A stretch of 64,000 nucleotides of DNA from Fistulifera solaris (lineage: Eukaryota), in NCBI GenBank assembly GCA_030295235.1, contig AP026133.1, positions 62,001 through 126,000 on the forward strand, read 5' to 3'. The notes under the pieces were generated by a model. That model saw nothing but the letters and a program-made list of their open reading frames with translations, ran no database searches and was not told the origin of the DNA. Below are positions 38,304-50,706 of the stretch, one piece after another. The position numbers and the translations under genes were made by a program. Every line of letters begins with the position of its first letter. The first letter of the stretch is position 1.

Positions 38304-41300
38304 TCAAACATCAGTTACTGTTTCTGCTGTTTCAGAAATCCCGTCATTTGATCCTTTGGCTATCCATTCTGTTTGCTTCGAATCGCCTGCAGCTGTTGTA
38401 TCCAAGACTTGTCTTTTTCCAGAATCGACAAAAGCAAAGCGCCAAGCACGATGAGTCGCGGCGGGCGGATGATCGGCGGCACACGTCAATACAGGGAATC
38501 CACAGAGTGAAATGGTAGCAACCGCACTCACACCAAAAGTCTCTTGTCCATCCCCATCATCATCATCACCTTCGTCAGCATCACGTAATTTTATTGATAT
38601 CTTTGCCACAGCTCCTAAAAGTTCCAACAGTTCTTGTTGCGGGTGTTGGATCTGATCCTCATTTCCAATGACCGTTTAGAGAATAGGATGCAACACTTCT
38701 TGCTCGCGTGCACTCCGGCCGTACATCCTCCATCAACAAAGATGGCTCAACACGGCTTCGACTATATCTGCCAAGGCCTTGGGAGGCTGCGTGCTCCAAA
38801 TACCGCGATTCTCCCGGTTTACGCTGGCCCAATATGCTTCAATACGACCCGGTAAGGTGGCATCGTGATGACGCAGGTAACGGTGCCATCCCATCCGGCA
38901 GGCCAGAAACGCCAAAGTCGAATTGCAAACAAACTGTTTTTCAAAATTCACCATGTCGCCCGACCGACATACCATCCTCCTTCGTGTCACTGTATTGATC
39001 AAAGATCCACAACCGGGCCGTAGCGACAAGACAGCATCACCGATCCACTCCAAGCGTTCGTAGGCCGGCGACATGCACGTCCAAACATGTGGGATGTGTG
39101 AAGGCTTCGAGCAATAAAGCAGGGCGTCACGAAGCGCAATATAACCAGTCTCTTGCGATATAGTCTGTTCCAACAATGCAGAAGCAAATCGCGTTCCATT
39201 CATGACTTCGGTTATGCGATATGGAAGGATCCCATTCTAACGTCAAACCCAGTTCATCGGCCACGCCGGACGGGCGGCTTGATAACCACCACAACGCACA
39301 TAAACCCGAGTATAGCTTCTATCACATCGGCTAAAATCTTGCCACGGGGTGCCTTGATATTACTTTTTGTGCTAGAACTTTCACTGAATACCAACTTCAT
39401 GACGTGCACGGTGTCCATCGACCACGCCAAGTTCGGAGGTGAACAGAAATCGATCGATGGACAGCATAATGCAAGCTTCTTCCAAACGATCGTTGCAACA
39501 CAATGCGGATCGAATCACATCCAAATCTCCTTCGTGAAAGCCACGCATCCACGGTCGGAGGTGTGGAGATCGGAGACAGACATCCGTCAATACCAATTGT
39601 AAGACTGCATCACCCAACCATTCCCAGCGTTCATAATTTTCTTCAGCCCACACAACTAGCGGCTGTCAAAAGAGTGGCAATCTCAGTGTCTGTACTGTGC
39701 TCTTCAAGGCATTGGGCCAAAAGGGAAGATGCTTGCGACAATGCTCAACAAATGCCCGTGTAATTTGTATTCGCTCCAGGAAGTACAAGCATTGCGGTAA
39801 CAACAACGCCTCAAGATACAAAGCAGCGTCTGCCAGGGGGAGCTTCGCTGAATATACATTTCGGAAGCATTCGTCCTTTCAAAAAAGGGCAGATGGGAAC
39901 CTTAGATTGATTGTCATTTGAGTGGGTCGCTCCCTCACATGAACCGCGATTTTTATGCAAGATAGTGATAGGAAGTTGCCAACAGTATTGACAGAAGAAA
40001 GAATCATCTATGGCATCAACGTTTTTATCCGTCTGAAATCCACCACCATACACCAAAAAGACGCCTCATCGGATCATGATCCGGAATCCAGAGTCGAGGA
40101 CGGACGAGAGGTTGCACATTTGACACTTGCTGAGCCGCTGCTTTCAACTCAGCAGCATCACGCTTGCTTTCATTAATGATACTTTGCATGTACATCCACT
40201 CCAAGTTGTGCTGAGCATCTACGCAGCCCACCACATAGGGAGGAGTTATCATTGATTGGTTCAATTCAGCGGAGTTCAAAGACGCCATCCTTGGTCCGTT
40301 TCTTCCAGCGAGCATTAAAAAGAACTACAAAAATTCACGGAGAAGCCTGATCTGGCTTTTGGTACACTGAATCGGGCACCGCTTTTCATGGAACATGTCA
40401 ATCGACCAAACTGAGGATGGTCATGTTGCATGACGGACATCTCTTTAGGTTCCAGTAGCGGTTCGAAACATACTAAGGCCAAGGATCTACCGAAATTGCC
40501 AAGCGCTTTGCGCGTTTCATCTAGTCTCTCTCCTTCCATGCAAAGTATACCGATGTAGCACGTCGTTTTATCAGTCAAAGACGGCAGGGAAAACATTCTC
40601 GGTCTAGTTGCCACATTGTTCTTGTTCGGTCTTGGCTTGACGAAGGATAGGATCTTCTGGCGGAGTTCAGCTCTTGAAAACGGCAACAATCGATGAGACA
40701 ATAACCCATTCTTGTGCAAGCGAACACATGCGATCAATGCCAGCATCTTTTGCTTATCTTTTTTCGGCATGGCAAGAGTCGATTCGGGAAGCGAGATGGA
40801 CCGCAAACCATTTCCAGCTCCACAGTATGCCGGCAGTGTGAGCTGGTTGCTCTGTTCGTCGAAGAAAGGCAAATATCGACTGCAAGGCGCGTTTTGATGA
40901 TCGTGTCACCCAGTCAATGGGCTGGCTCAGGGCAAAGCGATACAATAAAGACTTGGCCGAATTCAAAAAGACAGCACCGAAGTTCTGCCGTGTAGCTCCC
41001 ATTCGCGCAACACAAGTAGCTCTTCTGTGGTGAGCTCTTTGTTTTGCGTTACATCGAGAAAAGTCAAACCAGACAAACCGGCCGTGATATATCTCCTCTT
41101 GCTTCCTACTTTCATTTGCCACAGCATTCTGGATGCGCTTCTCCAGGCGGCTGGCTTGTTCTGTATTCAAACCAGTGACGTGATCATTTTCAAAGAAATA
41201 AAACTTGGCTCTTTTGTCGAGCTCGCCCTTTCATTTGAATGTAGCTCTTGATTGTCGTCAATGCATCAAACGCAATGACAAACGAACAGGCTTGTAAATC

Positions 41301-42746
41301 AACACCTTCTTCCACCACGGAAGTGGCCACCAGTACATTGAACGTTCCTTTCGCAAACCATCCAGCGTTTCTCGAATATTGTTTTTCTTCCTCTTTCATC
41401 AACTGCGTCTGTTGATTCATCTCTTCCTCGCGAAAGCTTGGCACCGGCACAAAACATTTGGCTTCCCGTACTTTTTCGAATCATACTGCAACATCGAATC
41501 AGGAGTTGATGCGGCATTCGTCCCTCCCAGCTCATGATGTCGTCTTCGGCATCCGCAAATTGACCATTTAATTTCTCATGATGGGCTTGCTGCAAGCCGT
41601 TCTTCTTTGTTGCTCATTCCAATGTTGAAAATACTGATCCAAAGCACAAGCCGTGATCCGACGCTGCACAAAGACGACCCCCACGGCATGCTTCGTGCGC
41701 GACAATTCTTGTTCCAGCAACTGTTTGAGGCATTGCAATTTGTGACTGATGCAATGAATTTCACGACATGCCGCCACAAGCTCCAAATACTGTTGTGCCG
41801 CTTGAAATTGGTCTCGTGTTTCGTGCTGATATTGATTCCGTTTCAATTGCAGTGATCGACAATACCATATCACCGGCAAAGGCCCCAAATCCACTTCTAA
41901 TTGTTCCAATTGTTTGAATTCTTTGAGACGCTCGGATGCAAATCGTCCGAGGGAATCCGGCAAAGGACTTTTCGCAACACCACTCGGCATCCGGTAAGAG
42001 ATGCAATGTTCGAACATTCCTGTTCATGAAAGCGACTGTCTTGATCATTCACCGGGGGTGCGACAATCTTGGCATCCATTTGGACTTCCAGTTGCCGTCA
42101 AGAATTGTGTCAATTGTTCTTCAGTATGATTGACTTTGACAGCAATCAAAGGCGAGGCTGTCAATCCCAACACGCGTGGTCTCTGATGTTGTGGTAACGT
42201 ATGATAATAATCGCGCAAAATCATCGCTGCACGGAGAATTCCCAATACAATGATGACATTCATCCAAGATCAATAAACTGACTTGCCCAAGAGAATACTG
42301 ATCGGGATAATGTCGCAACAAATCCAAATATCGCCCGTGAGTCGCCACCAAGATTTTACTTGAGGTTTCTTCCGTGACGCGATGCAACGTGATATACACG
42401 CCAATTGCACCTGGTCCAAATGCACACTCAAGACGGCATGTTGTTGCACCGCCAAGGCGACACTGGGCACCAAAAAGACCATGGATCGTTGTTGATTGAC
42501 ATAGTGTTGCAATAACAAAAGTGCAATCCACGTCTTCCCGGTACCGGTGCCTAAATGAACAATGATGTTTTCGTGTTTGGCACGTTCAAACAAACTGCGT
42601 TGATAGGAACGTGGATCGTGTGTGGTTTTCAAGAGAGAATTCATCCACTTGTCGTGTTCCGTGTCATCATCCAGTGTCGTGTGTTTGGTTTTCTTATTGA
42701 CGGACAGCACAGGATCGGCCGAACGATGTTTGATTTTCTCATTCAT
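38304..42746 (-). CDS. DCR: Dicer-like endoribonuclease: DExD/H helicase - HelicaseC - DUF283 - RNase IIIa - RNase IIIb - probable dsRBD; multiple frameshifts, ends approximate
   Basis: Helicase: [65 protein letters not shown] and [24 protein letters not shown]...[13 protein letters not shown]283: AKSLLYRF...LTLP...[25 protein letters not shown]. RNase IIIa: [13 protein letters not shown]...EGDL...[12 protein letters not shown]. RNase IIIb: [13 protein letters not shown]...[12 protein letters not shown]. Confidence 0.92.
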
Positions 42747-43542
42747 GATCTTTAACACTTTGTGCAAATTGTCTTCGACACTTTTTTGAATCTGAGAAAC
42801 ATCTTCCCGGCCGTCACTGAGGTTTCAAAGAGGAATTGTCGAACATCCTCATGTAACGAAAAATGTGGATGATGATTCATGATGCGTTTGTTTTGATGCT
42901 TTATTGACAATGAATGAATCACCGTGTGTACTTCAGTCAAGTAGGCTTACAGCAAAAGAGGAGAGTTGAAGAGGAGATGAAAGTCACTTGCTTCAGCTAG
43001 TAAATGATTCTTGACACAAGAGGAGAGAGAAATCACTCAAAAGATATGCACTCGAAGGGTACGCTCATAACGAAGTGTGATCTATTTCTTCCGCTTCATT
43101 GAAAATTTATCCTATTTTCTTGCCCCGAAGCAATACAAGTATCACCTTTCTCCTTTGCATACCGGTACCATTATTATCCTCATTCAAAAAAAAAAGTTGG
43201 TTGTTTATTGTCCTCGCGTTTTCGTGTTTTATTTATTTCTATTATTTTATACTGGTACAGCGAACGTTGTTGATTGGAGGATGAATATTCGCAGTGGTGT
43301 GGTACTTGTATCTAGGAGAGTTTTGATTGGTGGATGAAATTTTCAAGTGGTATGGTTTTGAATGTACGAAGGTCCACAACCGGGACACGATTGAAACAAA
43401 ACACGCGACAATATTCATAAAAGACGCGACATAGCAACCTTTGCAGCAACAACAAATCTTCCATTTCTTTGTCAATTTGCAAGATCCATCCATACGATAA
43501 TAATAATCATTTGATTCAACTACCAATAAACTCTTTACGAAC

Positions 43543-46500
43543 ATGCATCGCGGTGGTAGAGGTGGACGCGAAAATCGCGGCGGCAGAGGGTACGTCTTGC
43601 TTCGCGAGAGTTTGTGAGCCTCGTTGCGAAACGAAATGGAATGCGTACAAAGTATTGTCTCTCAATCATTTAATCTTTCCTCATAAACAGCGGACAAGGT
43701 CGTGGACGTGGTGGTGATAGTCATCGAGGCGGAGAAGCTCGAGGAAGAGGTGGGGAAGCTCGAGGTGGAGGTAGAGATTTCCGAGGAGGAGGACGCGAAG
43801 GGCGAGGCCGGGGACCGGATTTCTCTCGGTTGACATCCTGCCGTACAAATATCCTATCAGGTACGAATGTGGAGGAGCAAATAATATATTACATTGCCGT
43901 GCTTTTAGTCAACGGAGAGTTCTCACTTTTACTCTCGCTTTTACTACAGCACAAGTCTCTCCCAACTTTTCCGTTTGGATGTTCAGTCTCGAGTGTCGTG
44001 ATAAGAACAACAAATTGATTGATGCACGAACTCGACGATATCAACTCTTTCAGACAGGCTTTTGGGATCAGTTTATGGCCCGGCAGCAGCTGTTGCCGCA
44101 GCAAATCGAAGATTTGAAGCGAGTGGGTACGTAGAAAGAAAGCGAATCAATTGTGATCGAACAAACCTCTTACAGTTCCTTTTATGCGCTAGTCTTTTTT
44201 CAAAATTCGACATTTATGTCGGGTCGTGACATTCCTGGTTTGTCGTCACCTGATCAGTTGCCGCTCACGCTGTGTGATGGATCCACCACGAATGGAGATG
44301 TCATGCGAATTGTGCGTATGCAAAAATTGTCGGCCCCACAAGAATTATTGGTAGCGTGGAATCCGGCCGAAGAACATGTCGTGTTGGCGGATTTGCGATG
44401 TGCGGATTGTACGCCAAGGCTTTCGGGATGAGCAGTCGCTTTTGCAGCACTGGTACGTTTTTAAATTGTAGAATGTGCGCATCCGAATAGCAAGCTAGAC
44501 TCACTTTATGCTGCTACTATTTTTTAAGTCGACAAAGGGACATCAACCGGTCTATTTCGACGAGACTTCTGTGACTAAACCGGCATCAGCAGCAGAATTT
44601 GAAATGTTTGCCAATGTGGCGTTGGAAGGGGCTTTACGTGAACGAATGGCACGCTGGGGACGTGAATTTATCGACCCGCAGTCGTTTACCGAGCCGAAGG
44701 ATCGGAATGGTCAGTCGTTGGGTGTCAAGATTTTTAAAGCCTACCGCTGCAACTTCAACTTGATGCGACAGTCGAACACGAAAAGTGCTTTGGCTCGTCT
44801 TACTTTAACTATTGATCTACGTGCCAAAGTAATTCGTACTGCGACGTTGCTGGATGCCCTTTACAAAGGCAATTACTCGCCATCCAAGGGTAACTTGTCC
44901 AAAGCCGATATGGATAATGCTAAGCGCACCTGGGTGGGTGAGACCGTCATTACCACATATGACAAGAAGTGCTACCCAGTTGTTGATTTGCTCTTTGACC
45001 ATAGTCCTGACTCGTTAATGATTCCGGGGACAAACACATCTCATACGCATTATTTCGCTACTCGCAAGAAAATGAAGCTGAAATATCCCAGTGCGAAGCC
45101 CATGGTTGTTGTTCAAGGTCGAAACAAAAGTAACATTTTCCTGCCTGCAGAGCTTGTGACTGGGAATGAATTGGATCCCGAGGTGAAAGAGAAACTTCCC
45201 ATGATTGCTGGTTTCAATCCCGAGAAAGAACTAAGGCTATTGATGTTGTCCGCGACTATCTGATTCCTGGAGCACAGACAACTCGTGGTGCCAGTGGTCT
45301 TTTGCCCGCATTGGGTATTGCGTTGCAGTCGCCAATTAATGCTACTTGCAAAGTCATGCCCGTCCCTTCCGATTATTGCTGCTGGAGTTTCAGTTCCGAA
45401 AGAGAAAGCAGACAATTGGGCACCAGTTTTGAGCAAAGCAAAATTCAATGTCAACACGTCTCAAGCAACAACTTTGAATGTTGTTTTGGTGTGCAGCGCA
45501 TTTCTGATCGAAGAGGCGGTGGGTACAAGGACACGTACGATCGAATTAGCGACCTTGTAAACGGGCACAATGCAAAATTTCGATTGGGCAACAAGCCTCA
45601 CGAAGTGGTGAAAGTGGGTAAGTCATTACTTTATGTATGAAGTACGATACGGTGAATTTTTCATTTAGCAATCTAACGTAACACGCTCCCAGACATGAAC
45701 AAAAGTCATCATGGAGCTGTGCAAAAGCACTTTTCCGGAAAAGTTCCTGCCAATGTGTTCATCCTTGACTTTACAAAGCCCCGTGGCTCGATGGACCCTG
45801 ATTATCCTGTCGTGAAAATGATTTTAGCTCAAAACGGTTACATATCTCAGGTAAGATATGACACATCATTTTTCGATTCCTCATCCCGATTCTCACGACG
45901 CTTCTGTGCCTCCCTTGCCTTGTTAGTTTTTAAATTTCAATACCTATCGTCACGATGAACCGCGTGACATGAAACGTTCAAACATCATCTTGCAAGGAGT
46001 TGCTCGACAAATTCTAGAAAAGGTTGGCGTTCGTATCTGGTGGGTAGCAATTCCCAAAGAGCTCCCTCTGCCATCGGTGCTTGTGGGTGTAGACGTGTTC
46101 CACGCCCCCCGTGTTTTCAATCCTATCACCAAGGAAAAGGTCGGAAAAGCGTCTGTGGCGGCAATCGTCGTTCAGATTGTTCGAAAAGAAAATGATATTT
46201 TGACGTACGAAGACCTTCGTTCGAAAAGCAGGTCAGGAATATCAACTTAATGAGTGTTTGGAGCAAACAGTGAAAGCTGCACTGAAATTACTTCACGAGA
46301 AACCTAAATCATGCGTGAATTTGGCTGACGGAATCGGAGAGGGTGCACTCGCCACGGACGCAATAGGACGAAATAAAAGGAATTGAAAAGGGCTTGGTGC
46401 AGATGCAGTCGTAGGAACCAAGAAGATTGAAGATTCGGTCCCTCTTGCTTACATCGTCTGCCAGAAACGAATCGCAACCAAATTTTTTTGCCATGGAGGG

Positions 46501-46836
46501 ACAGCAGCCATTCGGAGCACCTAGTGGTACGTTGGTGGAAGGCTTCCAAGGTTTGGCGTCATCACACCTTCTATATCAATGGAAGAGCTCCGCCGTTTAG
46601 CACCCCCAAGCCGGTCCGGCTTCATTACAGTTCACCGTGATGCTGGTCTAGCTCGAGTTGATATTCCATCCCTGACTTGGTCGTCGTGTCACAACTACGC
46701 CAAATTGGGCAGGTCCCGTCAAGCTTCCTGCACCAACACAGTACGCACAAGTTAGCCGAGCTGGCGGGAAATATGCCGGACCATGGTGGCTCGATTAGCG
46801 CCCGAAAAATACGCCAATACTCTCTATTTCCTCTAG
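43543..46836 (+). CDS. AGO: Argonaute/PIWI protein: RGG-rich N-terminus, N/L1, PAZ, MID, PIWI; about 6 GT-AG introns, several frameshifts
   Basis: MHRGGRGGRENRGGRG|GQGRGRGG... with introns 43590-43690 and 43861-43949. PAZ: VITTYDKKCYPVVDLLFDHSP...HYF...KLKYP...IFLPAELV. PIWI: QILEKVG...LVGVDVFH, DGIGEG, YIVCQKRIATKFF, PSGTLV and NWAGPVKLPAPTQYA(HK)LAELAG. Ends NTLYFL-stop (TAG 46834-46836). Confidence 0.93.
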
Positions 46837-47079
46837 AGCATGCGCTTGTTCCTTAGCTGCTTGACGGCGAAGTTTACATATGTTGCACTCTTACAAATAA
46901 GTAATTCTATTCATTCGATAATATAGCACCCTAGTGAACAGAATATGGAAAGAGTTTCAAACCAAATTTCCTACTTTCTTTTCCTCGACTATTCGTTGGC
47001 GAAAAGAGACAGTATTTTGCTCGTAGCTCCAACACAGAGTTCTATGACCTCCGACGTGCTCTTCTCCTATGAAGACACA

Positions 47080-47550
47080 TCACCTGCACACTCTACATTC
47101 TAATATCACCTTTTTGCCGAACAATGTTGCTGACGTAACCTTGGGTAGAGGACAGATGCGATTGTCATAGATAGGAATGAACACCTCGTAGTGCTCGCAA
47201 ATTTTTGTCATTTCTTCAAGAAAGACTTTTGGATCCGAGTTCTTGAATCCTTCTCGATTATTCCATCTCGAGAGATTTGCTCGATGCATTTGTTTCTCAA
47301 TGAGATCAATCTTCTCCTTGACCTCGGCAGTCGTCTCTTTACGGACCACACCCGAAGCATTGATGTATTCCGCAATTTCTTGTGAAATACGAATCCAGTG
47401 CATTCTATCAAACTCACGGTAGCAATTGTAATTCCCTGGTTCCATCATCCAGCGAAGTAACAAGGCTTCGGATGTATTGGGATCCTCCTTGTCGTATTTC
47501 CCATCTTTCTTCCGCATAAAATGAAGGTTCGTTCGTATCTTCTGCCGCAT
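47080..47550 (-). CDS. Myb/SANT-like protein of the type carried by PIF/Harbinger transposons in stramenopiles; probably truncated or degenerate
   Basis: KDG...DPNTSEALLLRWMMEPGNYNCYR...ISQEIAEYINASGV...TAEVKEKIDLIEKQMHRA...MTKICEHYEVFIPIYDNR matches my recollection of this family. No DDE transposase found adjacent. Confidence 0.6.
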   Translation of the reverse strand: MRQKIRTNLHFMRKKDGKYDKEDPNTSEALLLRWMMEPGNYNCYREFDRMHWIRISQEIAEYINASGVVRKETTAEVKEKIDLIEKQMHRANLSRWNNREGFKNSDPKVFLEEMTKICEHYEVFIPIYDNRICPLPKVTSATLFGKKVILECRVCR

Positions 47551-48252
47551 CAAGTAGCATTGTTTTGTGCAGACGACACTACGATACAACAGTAAGTTGT
47601 GCTTCGCAAAGACATGAGTCTCACAGCATTTCTGGTGTATCAAGCGGCGGCACCATTTGCAGTTGACCAAGAGTGTATATGATCCTTTTGCATCCTCGAA
47701 TGCAGCAAAACGCACGTAGTTGTTCTGACGTATCACTCTGGTTAGAATAATGAACATGGTAAAAGGCGAGATTATTGGCAAGATGCAATCTCTGTTCCGC
47801 AACAATTCTCAATGCTGATGATGAAGTTGGGATTGTTGGGATGCGAGCTGCGATGCAAAAAAATGCGAAGGGGATCGAAAAATGTGGTGCAACAAAATCT
47901 GAATCGCACCGGTACAGTTATTTACATACGTAGTACGTCGTAGTACCAATACTCCTTTGAATATACAGTGAGCACGACTCAGGACTCAGGACTCAGGAGT
48001 AGTTTTTATACTAATACGGAGTAGAATAAAAATCTTACTTTGCAATCATGTCCGGAAGGTAAGTCCCGGTCAATTTCATCCACGCTCACGCTGCACTCTG
48101 CACGCGGCACGTTGTACTTTTTGCGGCCATTTTGGTTGACGCTACAATTCTCGTTTGACGTAATCCTTTCTTACATTCTTTGCATAAATTTGCATAAACC
48201 ATCTTACACTCATCTCCTCTATCCTCTTTAACGCATTCGACGTAACAAAGGC

Positions 48253-48918
48253 ATGCAACAACACAATTGTGACGAATACGGCCGCTTGGCGATTGCCAAG
48301 ACGATGCCGAAACGCCGCAACAGCAGCAGCCCCACCGCATTACCGTGTGACAACTTGCGGCGGAAGCATTCCCTTTCTCCACGTCTTCCGCGAAGGAATT
48401 CTAGTAACGATAGTTTCTTCAATAGCAATGACTGCTTTAGTTTACCGGAGGACGAAAATTCACAATACGATGATTATTCGTCCGCCGCTTCGTCGACGAC
48501 GACTCATGCTGGGTGCGCTCCGATGACAAACATTGTTTGCTCTCCTCGGAATCAAATTACTTTAGGAGAAGGAGACGATATCACCACCAGTGATGTTAGT
48601 AGTCACATTTCCTCGCTGGTGGACTACGACGACAAAGAAGAGCGATGGAATACACCCAACCGCGAGATAATCGGTCCTACGACGGCTCCACGACGCTTAC
48701 CTTCCCTACTGGCGTCCTCGCAACGACGACCTCGATTAGTTGTGCGAGCTCATTCATGTAGTGCGGCCAACCAAAAGTTACATTTGCGACGGGATTGTTT
48801 TCCGGTCAAACCGATGCGCCTCCGGAGCACTTCGCAACTCTTGGTGACCCATCGTCGTCCCATGTCGTTTAGTGGTATTTTAGCCGAAAGACTGATGGAA
48901 ACCAGATCGAATAAGTAA
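48253..48918 (+). CDS. Hypothetical Ser/Arg-rich protein
   Basis: Intact 221-aa ORF with repeated P..P.R..S motifs (PRLPRRNS, PVKPMRLRS). Confidence 0.5.
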   Translation: MQQHNCDEYGRLAIAKTMPKRRNSSSPTALPCDNLRRKHSLSPRLPRRNSSNDSFFNSNDCFSLPEDENSQYDDYSSAASSTTTHAGCAPMTNIVCSPRNQITLGEGDDITTSDVSSHISSLVDYDDKEERWNTPNREIIGPTTAPRRLPSLLASSQRRPRLVVRAHSCSAANQKLHLRRDCFPVKPMRLRSTSQLLVTHRRPMSFSGILAERLMETRSNK

Positions 48919-49199
48919 TAATAGAAATGCAGCTAAAATTCTTAATCCAGATTTATTGTTTGTTTATAAGATAGATTTTGGTCTGTGTACTACTACAGTC
49001 AAGTGACATGACAATACGATTTAAAGGGCCGAACCTCAAGATTCGGCCAGTGACGCCGCTTGCGATTTCCCTTCATTCTGTGATGAATTCTATGCGGTGG
49101 AAGATATTGTGACCATTATCATCATATTTTTGCACTTTCCGAGTATCTTTCGCAAGATCTTACAACAGCATTGACTCCCACACTGTCGAGGTAACAGCT

Positions 49200-50609
49200 T
49201 GCCATAGATCCAGCCCCGGTGTCCATCGACTGGCCAACCAAGAATGATGTCGGTATTTACGGAAGATATTGCAGGATGCGAGGTCAGAATCGTCCTGCAT
49301 ACTACTTTGTAAGCTCTCATGAGGTCATTGTTTCTCCTGTCAGCAAAAACGATGAATGGCGAAAGAATGTGCGACCGTTGGAACTTGAAGACATTGTTTG
49401 GCGGCTCGGTCGGGAACAGCATTTGGAAAATACTCCACAAGTGCTGATCATTTTTTAAGGAGCAAGAATAAGCCAAAGGAAGTGATACAATCAGAGCCAG
49501 GAAAGAAACCAAAACGAACAGAGAAAGTCTCATATCAAGCTGTTGAGTCTGCCAAGCAGCTGCTTGATGATCTTCGGGTGGTCGTAGAGTCACAAGACAG
49601 CCGTGTCAAAAATAACATCGTTTCATCAAAGATTTTGAATCAAATGCTTGAGCTCGCACAAGTAAAATGCATCAGACTTCACCTTCCGACAATGCATCAC
49701 AATCCGAAGACGACCAAGAACTTAAAGATGCGGCGTCAAAGGACAAGAGAATACATCAAAAGATGACAGTAGCCGATGGAAATCAACAGATTTTATGCGC
49801 AAGGACATTTTCAATGAAGTCGACAGGTTTTTTGAAGTCGCAACTGCAAACGCAAACAAGTATCTCGCCGAACAATGGTGTGGTGACGAATTACTGATGT
49901 GCACAGTCGCCGCGGAGAAAGAGAGAAGCGTGCCGTTTTGCAAATGGTTGTTGCATGGAGTCTGCGAAGGATATTCAGCGTTCGAATGTGATTTCCATGG
50001 AACAGAAATTGAGATTGACGAAATTTTCGTTTCTGGAGCACCTAGGCCGACCGCGAGAGCGTCAAGAACAAATTCTCTCCTGAATTATTGTAAGTGATCG
50101 CCCATGTTGCTAACGGAGACGATGTCTGGACTTCCGGAAAGACAAGGTCGTTGCGAATCTTCTGCCAGAAGCATATTCAACCCCTAGCCTCTTCAACCTA
50201 TCGCGTCGAAGGAGGGCTGCACAAAATGCTCCCACGTTTCCTCTACAAACCGCGGAGAAGAAGCTCGGAGCGATTACATTCTCCGTTACTCCAATTATAT
50301 GGAGGTGACTATTGATGCGCATCCAAATGCCGCAAGTAAGCAAACAAAAAGAAAAGGAATGAGAACACACGGGTCGAGGAAAGCGGCGTCGATCGTTCCG
50401 TTGATTCAAGGAATTCAGAGGCTATGTCAGCTTTGCGAGCCAAGCATCTTCCGCAAATCATGGAAGAGCTGCGGCAACTATACGTTGAGACAACTGGCAA
50501 AGAGAACTTCACAACGGCGAAGAAGCTGTTGCTGAGTCGTCGGAACAAAAGGACAAAAGACGCTTTCATGCCCGCGAGTGATAATCTTCGAGCGCTTTTC
50601 TTAGAATAA
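49200..50609 (+). pseudogene. Degenerate DNA-transposase-like remnant (C-terminus resembles the hAT dimerisation motif)
   Basis: Chain of broken plus-strand ORFs. Across a frameshift it reads QPLASSTYRVEGG.TKCSHVSSTNRGEEARS, paralleling the hAT P.SS..vER.fS....t..R motif. No TIRs identified. Confidence 0.35.
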
Positions 50610-50706
50610 TGGTGATAATAAAGCCATAGAAAATGCAAAAGAACAATGGAAAATCCAGACGAATGTCAAATTTGCATTCTGACTTATGGAAATTAGTTTT
50701 TCCTCT

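Noticed and set aside
36600..49100. RNA-dependent RNA polymerase or HEN1 as further members of the RNAi cluster
   Set aside because: No DxDGD RdRP motif or methyltransferase motif is recognisable in the flanking ORFs.
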